A stretch of DNA of 64,000 bases, from the IMG/VR virus record IMGVR_UViG_3300045988_152944; one strand, 5' to 3'. The translations under genes and the position numbers were made by a program. The DNA is from a virus. Below, piece after piece: positions 27,363-36,395 of the stretch (its first letter is position 1; every line of letters starts with the position of its first letter). Under the pieces are notes generated by a model, which did not search any database, was not told the DNA's origin, and worked only from the letters and a program-made list of their open reading frames with translations.

Positions 27363-27731
27363 ATGTGTATTCTTCAAAAAACACTGCCTTATACTACCAA
27401 AACACGCCAACGTCTGTCAAGGTACCCAACCATTTACATTATTTGCTATTTCGCACACGTCGGTTGTTTATCTTTCCCTTTCACCGGGAAGCATGATAAT
27501 AAAGGTCGCCCCCTTGTGTACCAGTTTGATGATCACGATGGTCTATATCCCGAGTATTGCCTTCGCAACATTAACGAAGTCACTTCCGTTCACATCTGTG
27601 AATGGACGACGAATGCTGACGACGTACAACGACTCATAACCAAATGGCAAACCAAATACGACGAATATCGCGCCGCAATGATCAAAACTTATGAGGAAAA
27701 CTTACAAGCCTATGAGAATAACTCTAACTAA
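27363..27731 (+). CDS. MCIL-N-terminus protein, paralog 1
   Basis: AAGGAG upstream. Shares MCIL.K.LP..KT and PLVY.FDDH.G.YPEY.LR with 28640..29071. Confidence 0.65.
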   Translation: MCILQKTLPYTTKTRQRLSRYPTIYIICYFAHVGCLSFPFTGKHDNKGRPLVYQFDDHDGLYPEYCLRNINEVTSVHICEWTTNADDVQRLITKWQTKYDEYRAAMIKTYEENLQAYENNSN

Positions 27732-28437
27732 CCAAAGCTGTTTTGACTTACTCAAAACCACGCCAGATAAATCAGTCGACTTGGTTCTCATCAATCCGCC
27801 CTACGAGGTCTCTAGAGATACAAATTTCCAATCAGGGGAACCCAAAGGCGCTGACACCGACCGCTTTCGCGTGTCGATGGATTTCGGCGAGTGGGATAAT
27901 AATTTCACGGGGTTGGATTTGGTAATCAAAGAGTGCTACAGACTCTTAAAAGACGGCGGAACTTTAATATGCTTTTACGATCTGTGGAAGCTCACAACCT
28001 TAAAACACTACTTTGAGCTCGCGAACTTTAAACAGCTCCGTTTCATCGAATGGGTGAAAACAAATCCGGTCCCGCTTAATAGCAAAACGAACTACCTCAC
28101 AAATTCCAGAGAGATAGCCATCGTGGGTGTGAAAAAAGGGAAGCCGACATTCAATTCAGAGTATGACAATGGCATTTATAATTTTCCCATATGTCACGAC
28201 AAAGGCAGATTCCACCCCACCCAAAAACCTGTCGCATTGCTTGAAGACTTGATTCTCAAACATTCGCACGAGAACGATACTGTTCTCGATTGTTTCGCCG
28301 GGAGCGGTTCGACCGCTGTCGCTGCCCATAACACGAACAGGAATTTCATCGGATGTGAACTGTCGAAAGAGTATTTCGACAAAACCTTGCAACGGTTCGA
28401 CGCACTAGGGTTCAAATACACGGAGGCGGACCTATGA
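27691..28437 (+). CDS. DNA methyltransferase, beta-class N4/N6 type, probably N6-adenine
   Basis: Motif IV DLVLINPPY precedes motif I DCFAGSGSTAVAA. An alternative start at 27712 is possible. Confidence 0.8.
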   Translation: MRKTYKPMRITLTNQSCFDLLKTTPDKSVDLVLINPPYEVSRDTNFQSGEPKGADTDRFRVSMDFGEWDNNFTGLDLVIKECYRLLKDGGTLICFYDLWKLTTLKHYFELANFKQLRFIEWVKTNPVPLNSKTNYLTNSREIAIVGVKKGKPTFNSEYDNGIYNFPICHDKGRFHPTQKPVALLEDLILKHSHENDTVLDCFAGSGSTAVAAHNTNRNFIGCELSKEYFDKTLQRFDALGFKYTEADL

Positions 28438-28634
28438 CCCTCAAAGAGTACATCAAAAAACATCCGTATAACAGCGACGGCGATAACATTATTGAATTCC
28501 TTCGCCACGACATTAAACTCCGTGCGCTGGTGCTAAGCCAGCTCGCGAGAGACGTAAGCATCGATATTCAATTGCTGTTGTATGAGAACGAATCAAAACA
28601 AAAACAATTAGACAAGCAAAATAATAAGGAGTAA
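28434..28634 (+). CDS. hypothetical small protein
   Basis: ATGA overlap with the methyltransferase stop; GGAGG upstream. Confidence 0.55.
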   Translation: MTLKEYIKKHPYNSDGDNIIEFLRHDIKLRALVLSQLARDVSIDIQLLLYENESKQKQLDKQNNKE

Positions 28635-28639
28635 TCACT

Positions 28640-29071
28640 ATGTGCATATTAAGAAAACATCTACCCGATAATCAAAAAACTAAAGACAAGCTCGCCAAGC
28701 TGCCAAAGATTTACCTCGTGGCCTGTTGGGCAAGTTATGGTACCCTCGAGTTTCCATTCCCAATAAAATATAAAAAGGTGAAAGATAAAGACACCAAAGT
28801 TGTCCGATATATTCCGCTGGTTTACGACTTCGATGATCATAACGGTGTTTACCCCGAGTACGTCCTCAGACCAATAACATCAACGACTACAGGATTTATA
28901 AGAGGTTGGTTTTATACCAAACAACAGGCGAAGGATGTCGCTGATGTCTACGAGAGCTATCGACGTCAGAAAGCGAGGGAGTATGCAACACAAATAGATG
29001 CCGAGTTTAGGTACAGAATGTCGCTTGAAAGAGAAGAATTAAATAACACAACGCTGAAATTGAACGATTGA
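28640..29071 (+). CDS. MCIL-N-terminus protein, paralog 2
   Basis: AAGGAG upstream; see 27363..27731. Confidence 0.65.
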   Translation: MCILRKHLPDNQKTKDKLAKLPKIYLVACWASYGTLEFPFPIKYKKVKDKDTKVVRYIPLVYDFDDHNGVYPEYVLRPITSTTTGFIRGWFYTKQQAKDVADVYESYRRQKAREYATQIDAEFRYRMSLEREELNNTTLKLND

Positions 29072-29178
29072 AAAATAGTTAAACAAACCGACCAGGCAGG
29101 TTCATATAATCCCGTCAGCAGAGAACGGCGGGAAATATAAATCAGAGCGAAGATAAGGAACGCTCAAAGGAGTACAAT

Positions 29179-29484
29179 ATGAAATATTATAGTGAAATGA
29201 CCAATAAAGTCTATGAAACAAAAGAAGAGTGCGAAAAGGCCGAAGAGGCTATTGTCGCAAAAAAGAAAGCCGAAGAAGAAAAACAACTGGCTCTCAAAAA
29301 CGAACGTGAGACGAGATCGAAGGCTGTCGTCGACGCCTTTAAAAAGGCGCGAGAGGCTGAGGCCGAAGCACAGAAGTTGCTGAAAGAGTTCGTCAAGGAC
29401 TACGGCTCTTTCCATATGAGTTATAATGGGAAGAGTTCGATGCCGTCGATGTTCGACATACTCGATAATTTCTTTTTGCTGTAA
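29179..29484 (+). CDS. Lys/Glu-rich coiled-coil protein
   Basis: AAAGGAG upstream; followed by two terminators. Confidence 0.6.
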   Translation: MKYYSEMTNKVYETKEECEKAEEAIVAKKKAEEEKQLALKNERETRSKAVVDAFKKAREAEAEAQKLLKEFVKDYGSFHMSYNGKSSMPSMFDILDNFFLL

Positions 29485-29491
29485 ATGAAAG

Positions 29492-29518
29492 AGAGGGGGC
29501 CTGGCTCCTCTTTTTTTT
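29492..29518 (+). terminator. intrinsic terminator 1
   Basis: 7-bp stem (AGAGGGG/CTCCTCT, with one GU pair) followed by T8. Confidence 0.6.
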
Positions 29519-29521
29519 ATG

Positions 29522-29554
29522 GGCGCTGACTACGGATGTCGGCGCCTTTTTTTT
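29522..29554 (+). terminator. intrinsic terminator 2
   Basis: 9-bp stem GGCGCTGAC/GTCGGCGCC, 7-nt loop, T8 run. Confidence 0.8.
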
Positions 29555-29556
29555 AT

Positions 29557-29595
29557 GGGGAAATTGGGGAGGGGGTGGGATGGTGGGAAAATGGG
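29557..29595 (+). repeat. G-quadruplex-type G-run cluster
   Basis: GGGGaaattGGGGaGGGGGtGGGatggtGGGaaaatGGG. Confidence 0.6.
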
Positions 29596-29696
29596 TTTAT
29601 GAATATTTTTGTCCATAAGTGTGTAAAAAGTTGAATTTTACATTGTAAAAAGTGTAAATTCGACTTTATACATAATAATATAAGGAGGTAGAAGAT

Positions 29697-29855
29697 ATGA
29701 AATTGTATACAATTTCCTATTTCAAGTTTGGTAAAACTTTTGAGGTATATCCTCAAGTGTTTACTAAGCGCAAAGACGCAGAACAGCTCTGTGTTTTTCT
29801 GCGTGAAAACAAACATACTAAAGTGCAAATTACGGTTTGCACTTTGGCAGAGTAA
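29697..29855 (+). CDS. hypothetical 52-aa protein (below the track cutoff)
   Basis: TAAGGAGG 8 nt before the ATG. Translation is MKLYTISYFKFGKTFEVYPQVFTKRKDAEQLCVFLRENKHTKVQITVCTLAE. Confidence 0.5.
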   Translation: MKLYTISYFKFGKTFEVYPQVFTKRKDAEQLCVFLRENKHTKVQITVCTLAE

Positions 29856-29938
29856 AAATTCGCTACTGGCGGGACAAGCGCAAAAATGCCCTCCACCAAC
29901 ATTTCCTTGCTCCCAGGGATAAGGGAAAAGATAAACTT

Positions 29939-30115
29939 ATGTTAAAACTCAAAGTCAACTTTTACGCACAAAACAACAACCACCTCCTCAACACCCTCAA
30001 CATTGAAGTTGAGGATAATTCAGACTACGCAGCGGTCGTGTACGAACGTTGTGACAGAATCGCAGAAGAAATTGAACGCGATTTGAAATGTGGTAATGTT
30101 TACTACACTTTCTAA
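29939..30115 (+). CDS. hypothetical 58-aa protein
   Basis: Internal ATG of track ORF 29837..30115; weak SD. Confidence 0.4.
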   Translation: MLKLKVNFYAQNNNHLLNTLNIEVEDNSDYAAVVYERCDRIAEEIERDLKCGNVYYTF

Positions 30116-30279
30116 ACCCTCACGTCCTGAGCAAGACATTAAACTGTTCTCTTAATGCAGCCGACGGCGGTCCAAAGCCCGCGAGTAATGCAGATGGAGC
30201 AGACGCTACATAACGGCGTCCCCCGCAAAAACTAAAAATAACGCCAGTCGGGGAGCTCGGCAAGCAAAGGAGAAATGCT

Positions 30280-30483
30280 ATGGGAAATTTTAAATCTTGG
30301 ATCGACGAGCTCGATCGAGTAGCAACTGAGAGACAACTCTCCCATTATGATCAACTTTTGCTGGATGCAGCAGAAGTACAACTGCTTCTGGGCAACCTGG
30401 GGGCGGCGGACAGCTTGATCAGCAAAATCAGCGACTATAATATCATTGGAACGTTCAATGTTCTTAAAGAAAAGGAGGACTAA
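30280..30483 (+). CDS. hypothetical small protein
   Basis: AAAGGAG upstream. Confidence 0.55.
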   Translation: MGNFKSWIDELDRVATERQLSHYDQLLLDAAEVQLLLGNLGAADSLISKISDYNIIGTFNVLKEKED

Positions 30484-30487
30484 TAAA

Positions 30488-30673
30488 ATGAAAAACTTAA
30501 AACATTATAGTTTTGTTTTCAGCAACAACAACGGCGTCACCGTCGCAACGATGACGCTGGCAACGCCCGTCAAACTTGACGTCTTCGAACTCGGAGACGA
30601 TCTTTCGATGGCGCTTATCCATCAATTGGGTATAAATATTAACACAAAAGTCACAGTCGACACGATCGACTAA
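30488..30673 (+). CDS. hypothetical small protein
   Basis: Start moved to the ATG at 30488, after AAAGGAGG. Confidence 0.55.
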   Translation: MKNLKHYSFVFSNNNGVTVATMTLATPVKLDVFELGDDLSMALIHQLGININTKVTVDTID

Positions 30674-30687
30674 TAAGGAGGTATAAT

Positions 30688-31029
30688 ATGAAAAAATATC
30701 AAAATTTAATTAACCAGGTGAACGACCTGGTAGCAACAAAAAAACAAAACGACAATTGGAATAAAAACGAAGCCATTTGTTATTATTGGGTCATTGGGGC
30801 CCTCAAAGACGATAACTTGCCATACGCAAGATATTTTGCTATGGGATCGTCGATTGCGGACGATTATCTCAAAATTCTTGGCGTCAGTCGCCAATTCACA
30901 AACGAACAAAAACAAGCAATTGGGTTGTTTGTGGGAGACTTGTGGAGTCTATTTGACAATAAACAAGTTAACGATTATCATGTTACAAAATTCCTGAAAA
31001 CTTATGGTATAAAGGAGATTAAAGCATGA
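30688..31029 (+). CDS. hypothetical protein
   Basis: TAAGGAGG upstream. Confidence 0.6.
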   Translation: MKKYQNLINQVNDLVATKKQNDNWNKNEAICYYWVIGALKDDNLPYARYFAMGSSIADDYLKILGVSRQFTNEQKQAIGLFVGDLWSLFDNKQVNDYHVTKFLKTYGIKEIKA

Positions 31030-31190
31030 TGATTTACACGCTTTTTATCAATGGAAAACAAAAAGACTACCAAAGCCGCCGCCGCGCCTATGCGGTGGCG
31101 AAACTTTATAAAGTGGTAGTTTTTAAACATGAACGATATTTATATACCCTCGAGGAGGTATTAAATATAAAAACCAAAACTTTTTTATAG
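31026..31190 (+). CDS. hypothetical 54-aa protein (below the track cutoff)
   Basis: ATGA overlap with the upstream stop. Begins MMIYTLFINGKQKDYQSRRRAY. Confidence 0.45.
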   Translation: MMIYTLFINGKQKDYQSRRRAYAVAKLYKVVVFKHERYLYTLEEVLNIKTKTFL

Positions 31191-31202
31191 GAGGTCATTA
31201 TT

Positions 31203-31529
31203 ATGACAAAAACGGAATTTTTGAATCAAATCAACAAACTTTTGCCTAATGGCGCTGAAATTCTCACGCGAGATGAGCTTGAACAACAGCGCCAAGAGGT
31301 TTCAGAACTGAAGGAGCACATCAAAGCACTCGACGAACAATTGAGTGATTTATACCACATAGGGTATGAGTCGTGGGATAGCGGCGCTGAGTGGGCAATT
31401 CAAATTATCAAATGTTTATTGTTACAAGAGCATTGTAACAACAACACTATCACATTAACCCGCGATGAGTTAATGCGTGATGTTGTTGGGTATGTTAAAA
31501 ACATACTCAATAATCGTTATAGGGGGTGA
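31203..31529 (+). CDS. hypothetical protein
   Basis: TAGGAGG upstream. Confidence 0.6.
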   Translation: MTKTEFLNQINKLLPNGAEILTRDELEQQRQEVSELKEHIKALDEQLSDLYHIGYESWDSGAEWAIQIIKCLLLQEHCNNNTITLTRDELMRDVVGYVKNILNNRYRG

Positions 31530-31533
31530 ACTA

Positions 31534-31659
31534 ATGGCATACAAGCAAATCACCATCGATGAATATCTCGAGGAAAATGTATCAACTCTCGACGAAGATC
31601 CGTGTAAGGACTGTACAGATCGTACATGTGAGTGGGGAATCTGCTCACAGGCAAATTAA
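31534..31659 (+). CDS. hypothetical 41-aa Cys-containing peptide
   Basis: GGGGGTG upstream; contains CKDCTDRTCEWGIC. Confidence 0.4.
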   Translation: MAYKQITIDEYLEENVSTLDEDPCKDCTDRTCEWGICSQAN

Positions 31660-31675
31660 TGAAGGAGGTGTCGCA

Positions 31676-32071
31676 ATGCTCATACACGACCTAACAGAAT
31701 ACATCAATAATCACAAAGACGACAACATCAAAGTCGTCGTCAAACAGCACCCACTCAGTGGTGTTGAAAACTCTCAGGTCTTGCTTACCTTTAAACAGCA
31801 AAAAGTAAAAATCTCATTAGCTCAGTTTTCACCCGAAGGCTATCTATATCTGTGTATTATAGCAAAGAAAACCCCGAGTGGGCTGCCAGCGGGAAGCAAA
31901 CTGTCCGGAGGCACATACAATTGGACTGAGGTTTATTGCAGTCCTTTTTGCAACAAACTCGATCAGATTTATACTCTGATCACAAGAATGGCCGATCACA
32001 CAGATCGATTCTTTGATAGGTCAATGCCTATCGGCATCAAAACCGCTTGCGAAAGAGTGGTAAACATTTAA
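31676..32071 (+). CDS. hypothetical protein
   Basis: Start moved to the ATG at 31676, after GAAGGAGG. Confidence 0.6.
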   Translation: MLIHDLTEYINNHKDDNIKVVVKQHPLSGVENSQVLLTFKQQKVKISLAQFSPEGYLYLCIIAKKTPSGLPAGSKLSGGTYNWTEVYCSPFCNKLDQIYTLITRMADHTDRFFDRSMPIGIKTACERVVNI

Positions 32072-32104
32072 TTAAAAAATATTATTATAAAGGAGGACAT
32101 CACT

Positions 32105-32596
32105 ATGTCTATTAAAATCAATCAAATTGCAGCAACCGCCAACATCATCAACGCTCTCGATGCAATGAAAGCAGACGAGAACATCAGCCTCGGCATCGAA
32201 GAAATCGAGTTTCCTGATGGAAGCAAAGAGAAATTCTATTACAACGGCGAGTCCGACAAACAAGCAGCCGTGCACTTCGCACAGATTTGCATCGATGTTT
32301 GCGCCGGCGACAGCGACAAAGCCAAACGTATGATGGCTTCGTGTTTCAAACTTCTCACTAAAGGCTACAATGTCGACGAAATTGTCCCGTCTGCGGAAAG
32401 CGAAATCAACACCGAAACTTATATTGATTATAAGAAAGGTGTCTTGCTCACGCCGTACGCGTCGGTTGTCGCGTCTCTCACCGAGGATGAACTCAAAGCA
32501 ACAAAGGGCAAAAAGAATCCCCTTACCAAATCACTCTTGCTCGAAAGATCGAGAACTGATTGTTTAGAAGACGCTCTTAAATATTACGAGAGCTGA
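32105..32596 (+). CDS. hypothetical protein
   Basis: AAAGGAGG upstream. Confidence 0.6.
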   Translation: MSIKINQIAATANIINALDAMKADENISLGIEEIEFPDGSKEKFYYNGESDKQAAVHFAQICIDVCAGDSDKAKRMMASCFKLLTKGYNVDEIVPSAESEINTETYIDYKKGVLLTPYASVVASLTEDELKATKGKKNPLTKSLLLERSRTDCLEDALKYYES

Positions 32597-32743
32597 ACCC
32601 CGCAAGGCCCGCACGAAAGTGTGAACGGCGCAAGCCCGTTGCCCTCTTAGGAGGGTGGCGCTCATGGTGTTCATAATGGCATCATCTTCGTAAAATAAAA
32701 ATCTTGCTAATCGAAGACTAATGGCATAGAAAGGAGAATCATT

Positions 32744-33337
32744 ATGAAAAATTATATTATTGCAACCGTCAAGGCAACCTTCTACAATGTAGAAAAACAA
32801 GTTCCAGTTGCCCCGACCCATCCGATGGACCAAAATGAATGGGACGAGAATGTCGTCACTGAAACGGTATTCCAAAATGTAGTGGAGGAATTCCACTCCT
32901 TGCCGCGCAGGAACACTGCCGCAGCAATGGAAGAGGCTAAATGGCTGGCACTTCGTAAAGGTTGGTCAATGCAACGCAACGATTACGAGATCGAAATCGA
33001 AGAACTGCCTACCAAGGCGGTGTCAGTTTATGAGGAAGAAGACCTCGTAAAATTGTATCAAGGTAACAAAGTTGAAAAATTCGCTTTGTTGCAAAATCTT
33101 GTCCCTGGACAAGAAATCAAATCATATACCAAACGTTATTGGATGTTAAATCCTCAAACGTTTGAACCCGTCCGTACGACGGTGACGATGTACAAAGAAG
33201 GGAATATCAACCCCGACTTCGAAAACGAAGAGGGTACTGGGAAATGGTATTATCTAAATGAAGAAGAGTGCCTCTTCACCGGCGACGAGAGCTGCCGCAA
33301 ACATATCAATAAACACCGCAATATTTGGTTGTTTTAA
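32744..33337 (+). CDS. hypothetical protein
   Basis: AAAGGAG upstream. Confidence 0.6.
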   Translation: MKNYIIATVKATFYNVEKQVPVAPTHPMDQNEWDENVVTETVFQNVVEEFHSLPRRNTAAAMEEAKWLALRKGWSMQRNDYEIEIEELPTKAVSVYEEEDLVKLYQGNKVEKFALLQNLVPGQEIKSYTKRYWMLNPQTFEPVRTTVTMYKEGNINPDFENEEGTGKWYYLNEEECLFTGDESCRKHINKHRNIWLF

Positions 33338-33364
33338 AATACACAAATAAAAGGAGATATAACA

Positions 33365-35395
33365 ATGAGAAACATTCAAAAAATTATCGAAAATATTGTT
33401 ACAAAAGAACCCAATCCTGATACCAAATACACGCCACACCTGGTGTTACATTGGTACACAAAAACAGAAGGACAAATTTATCACGATTTGTCTACTGGTG
33501 AGAGACTGTCACGTGATGACATAGATACGTTTTTCAGATGGGAGAACTTCTCTTATAATTATTTAAAATATTGCACGGGGGCGTCGCCTCGAATCACATA
33601 TATTAAATACCATCACAAACAAAAAGTAATGGAATTGGCATATGTGAATATTCCAATGAATCGCGCCAAACCTGGCGAAATTCGTACGTTTGAATATAAC
33701 AAGAATTGGTCGGGCAAGACCGATAGGTATTTTGTTGATTTGTCCCAATATCCTCGCCGACTGTTTGGGAGCGATGGTATGCTCGCCCCGATAGTGATGG
33801 TGAAAAACATCATGCGGGACACTGGTGCTCATCGAAAGGTCCAAATTTATAATGAACTCTTTCCAGATGATAAGATAACAGCAATAAAATTCTCGTGGTC
33901 CAAAATAGAGTATGTGACAAAGTATCTCACATATCAAAGACAACTCACGATTGCAACATCAAAAACTGCAAAAGCGGCGCTTATTGCCAAAGGTAATAGT
34001 TTGCTTGCGGCTTCTCCCACAACATTTCCGAAAGAAATTATGAGTGTTGGTATTGTGAGGAATTTCCCTGGTATCTCTATTGTGGAGGCGAAGCCGTGGT
34101 TTGGCTTAACAACGCGATTTTATTACGATGGTAAAACTTTCGCAGCAGCCAAATCACCGAAGTTTGATGTAAGTTATGCTTGCTCAAATATTAAAGATGT
34201 TTCAATCTACAATCCCGAAGATTTACAAAACGGGATGTTTAACAAGTATGCTGATTTGTTTGTTAAACCTGCACTCGAACCGGTAAGCTGGGACGATCGG
34301 TATCGTTGTAAAAATCCTGATCAAAATAATAAATTTATCAACTTACAAATATTGGCCGCAATGATCAAAAATCCCTTGTACGAACAGTTGGCAAAATCAT
34401 ACAAAGGAATCCAGTTACTGAATCTCACCAGAGCATACACCCAAGATGAACTGTTTGGTGACAACTTAAACAAAAAGGCCACAACAGTTGACAAGTGGTT
34501 GGGGTTAAACAAATATCAAATCAATCGTTTAATATCTGAACAAAACCCTAATGATCCCTATTCAACACGAAAAGGGATTAGCATTTTCCGAAAACTCGTT
34601 GGCGAAAATGCGTCCTCGTTGGATAATCACACAAGTGATATGTATATTGATCATTTGGATGCGCTCGCATCGCTGACCACAAACTATTTATGGGATCCAG
34701 AACTAATTCCTTGGGCGAAGCAAATATTGCGAAAAATCGTCAAAAGCACCCAAGTGTCATATAATATCGAGTTGTTACTAGATGCAATGCGTTTATGGCG
34801 GTCGTTAAATTGGCCACGTCCTACATTGCCAAACATATCCGTCTCTGAATTACAAAGACTTCATGATTTGTATATGACAATGTCAAACGAACAGTTCAGA
34901 CAACGCCAAGCAATGTATGCGGAGGAAACCCGCAAACAAGAGGAGCGTAGGCAAAAAGAAAATAAACTCAAACTGGAATTTCGTCAACAACTGAATTATG
35001 AAGACGAGAATTATCTCATTCGACTGCCGGTTGATGGCGACGAAATCCAACAAGAAGGTTTGACGCTACACCATTGTGTGGGTGGCTACGCCTATAGCCA
35101 CGAGAGCGGTGCTACGACAATTATGTTTTTGCGTAAAAAGTCCGAACCTGATAAACCTTTCTACACCATTGAAGTAGAGATTGGACTTGCGGACGGCAAG
35201 GTTGCAGGATTGCGGATAAAGCAAGCGCATTGTGTAAACAATGGTTGGTTGGGTTTGTGCGTCTCAGCAGCGCAGTTTGTATATAAATGGTGCCGCATCA
35301 AAAATATTGAGGTAAGGAAAGAAATTTTATTATGTAAGTCACATGGGTATAGCCCAACCAACCAGTTCTTGCCCGATAGTGTTTTGGAGGTTTAA
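33365..35395 (+). CDS. large early protein with a PcfJ-like C-terminal domain (putative)
   Basis: The C-terminal segment EIQQEGLTLHHCVGGYAYSHESGATTIMFLRKKSEPDKPFYTIEVE matches my recollection of the PcfJ-like EG..L.HCV..Y signature. Confidence 0.45.
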   Translation: MRNIQKIIENIVTKEPNPDTKYTPHLVLHWYTKTEGQIYHDLSTGERLSRDDIDTFFRWENFSYNYLKYCTGASPRITYIKYHHKQKVMELAYVNIPMNRAKPGEIRTFEYNKNWSGKTDRYFVDLSQYPRRLFGSDGMLAPIVMVKNIMRDTGAHRKVQIYNELFPDDKITAIKFSWSKIEYVTKYLTYQRQLTIATSKTAKAALIAKGNSLLAASPTTFPKEIMSVGIVRNFPGISIVEAKPWFGLTTRFYYDGKTFAAAKSPKFDVSYACSNIKDVSIYNPEDLQNGMFNKYADLFVKPALEPVSWDDRYRCKNPDQNNKFINLQILAAMIKNPLYEQLAKSYKGIQLLNLTRAYTQDELFGDNLNKKATTVDKWLGLNKYQINRLISEQNPNDPYSTRKGISIFRKLVGENASSLDNHTSDMYIDHLDALASLTTNYLWDPELIPWAKQILRKIVKSTQVSYNIELLLDAMRLWRSLNWPRPTLPNISVSELQRLHDLYMTMSNEQFRQRQAMYAEETRKQEERRQKENKLKLEFRQQLNYEDENYLIRLPVDGDEIQQEGLTLHHCVGGYAYSHESGATTIMFLRKKSEPDKPFYTIEVEIGLADGKVAGLRIKQAHCVNNGWLGLCVSAAQFVYKWCRIKNIEVRKEILLCKSHGYSPTNQFLPDSVLEV

Positions 35396-36157
35396 ATGAG
35401 TAATTTTATTGATATGACAGGCTGGGTAATGGCCGAACATGGGGTTGAAGGCAGTCGCCTGAAAGTAATTAAAAGAGTAGACAATTATGTTGCTAACTGT
35501 GGTTCACAATCGGCACAATGGCTGTGTGAGTGTTCTTGTGAAAAACATACCCAATTTATTTTAAAAGCACAGCGAGTCAAAACAACCAAATCTTGTGGTT
35601 GTTTACGAACGGAAAAATCAGCCGAACGATTAAAACAAATGAATGCCAAACCCACTACTGTTGAATTAAGAGATGGTTACGCGGTTGGTTTTACACCTAA
35701 AAATGAAGAGTTTTGGTTTGATATAGAATTTATCGATTTTGTCAAAGCACATTGTTGGCATTACGATAAGTGCGGATATGTTCGGAGTCGTATAAATGGT
35801 AAGGGCGTTCGTCTACACCGATATGTTATGGGCGTAACCGACAGTGCTATTATTGTTGACCACATCGTTCATCCACCTTGGGGAGAACATCAAGTTGATA
35901 ATCGAAAATCAAATTTACGTCTCGTAACAAATAGCCAAAATAAAATGAACAGTAAAATCTCCAAAAATAACACAACGGGAGTCAAAGGCGTGAGTAAATC
36001 CGGAAATAAATATGTGGCTCGCATTATGATAAACGGTAAGTCCATATCATTGGGTTATTATTCAACTCTTGAAGAGGCCGCCAAAGCACGTCAAGACGCA
36101 GAAAAACAATTCTTTGGTAATTATGCGTATGACACTTTTAATAATGAAACAACATAA
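35396..36157 (+). CDS. free-standing HNH homing endonuclease with an AP2 DNA-binding domain
   Basis: HRYVMG..VDHI..DNRKSNLRLVTNSQNKMN (HNH_3 type) followed by TGVKGVSKSGNKYVARIMINGKSISLGYYSTLEEAAKAR (AP2). Confidence 0.8.
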   Translation: MSNFIDMTGWVMAEHGVEGSRLKVIKRVDNYVANCGSQSAQWLCECSCEKHTQFILKAQRVKTTKSCGCLRTEKSAERLKQMNAKPTTVELRDGYAVGFTPKNEEFWFDIEFIDFVKAHCWHYDKCGYVRSRINGKGVRLHRYVMGVTDSAIIVDHIVHPPWGEHQVDNRKSNLRLVTNSQNKMNSKISKNNTTGVKGVSKSGNKYVARIMINGKSISLGYYSTLEEAAKARQDAEKQFFGNYAYDTFNNETT

Positions 36158-36168
36158 AGGAGGTATGT

Positions 36169-36384
36169 ATGATAGCACGTTATTTGAAATATGGCAATGA
36201 TTGCCTATTATATCAAACACTTGTCCTTGAGGACAACATCATCATTATCATCAACCGCGAGAAAGGCGGTTGGTGTGATAAAGCACCAAGAGTGTCAACC
36301 AAAGTATATGATACTCGCCTGGAAGCCAAAACGGCTTTTAAACAATTGTGCAACGAGCTTGCACAAGAATATACCAAAATTTAG
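36169..36384 (+). CDS. hypothetical small protein
   Basis: AAAGGAGG upstream. Confidence 0.55.
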   Translation: MIARYLKYGNDCLLYQTLVLEDNIIIIINREKGGWCDKAPRVSTKVYDTRLEAKTAFKQLCNELAQEYTKI

Positions 36385-36395
36385 GAGGTAGCAAG

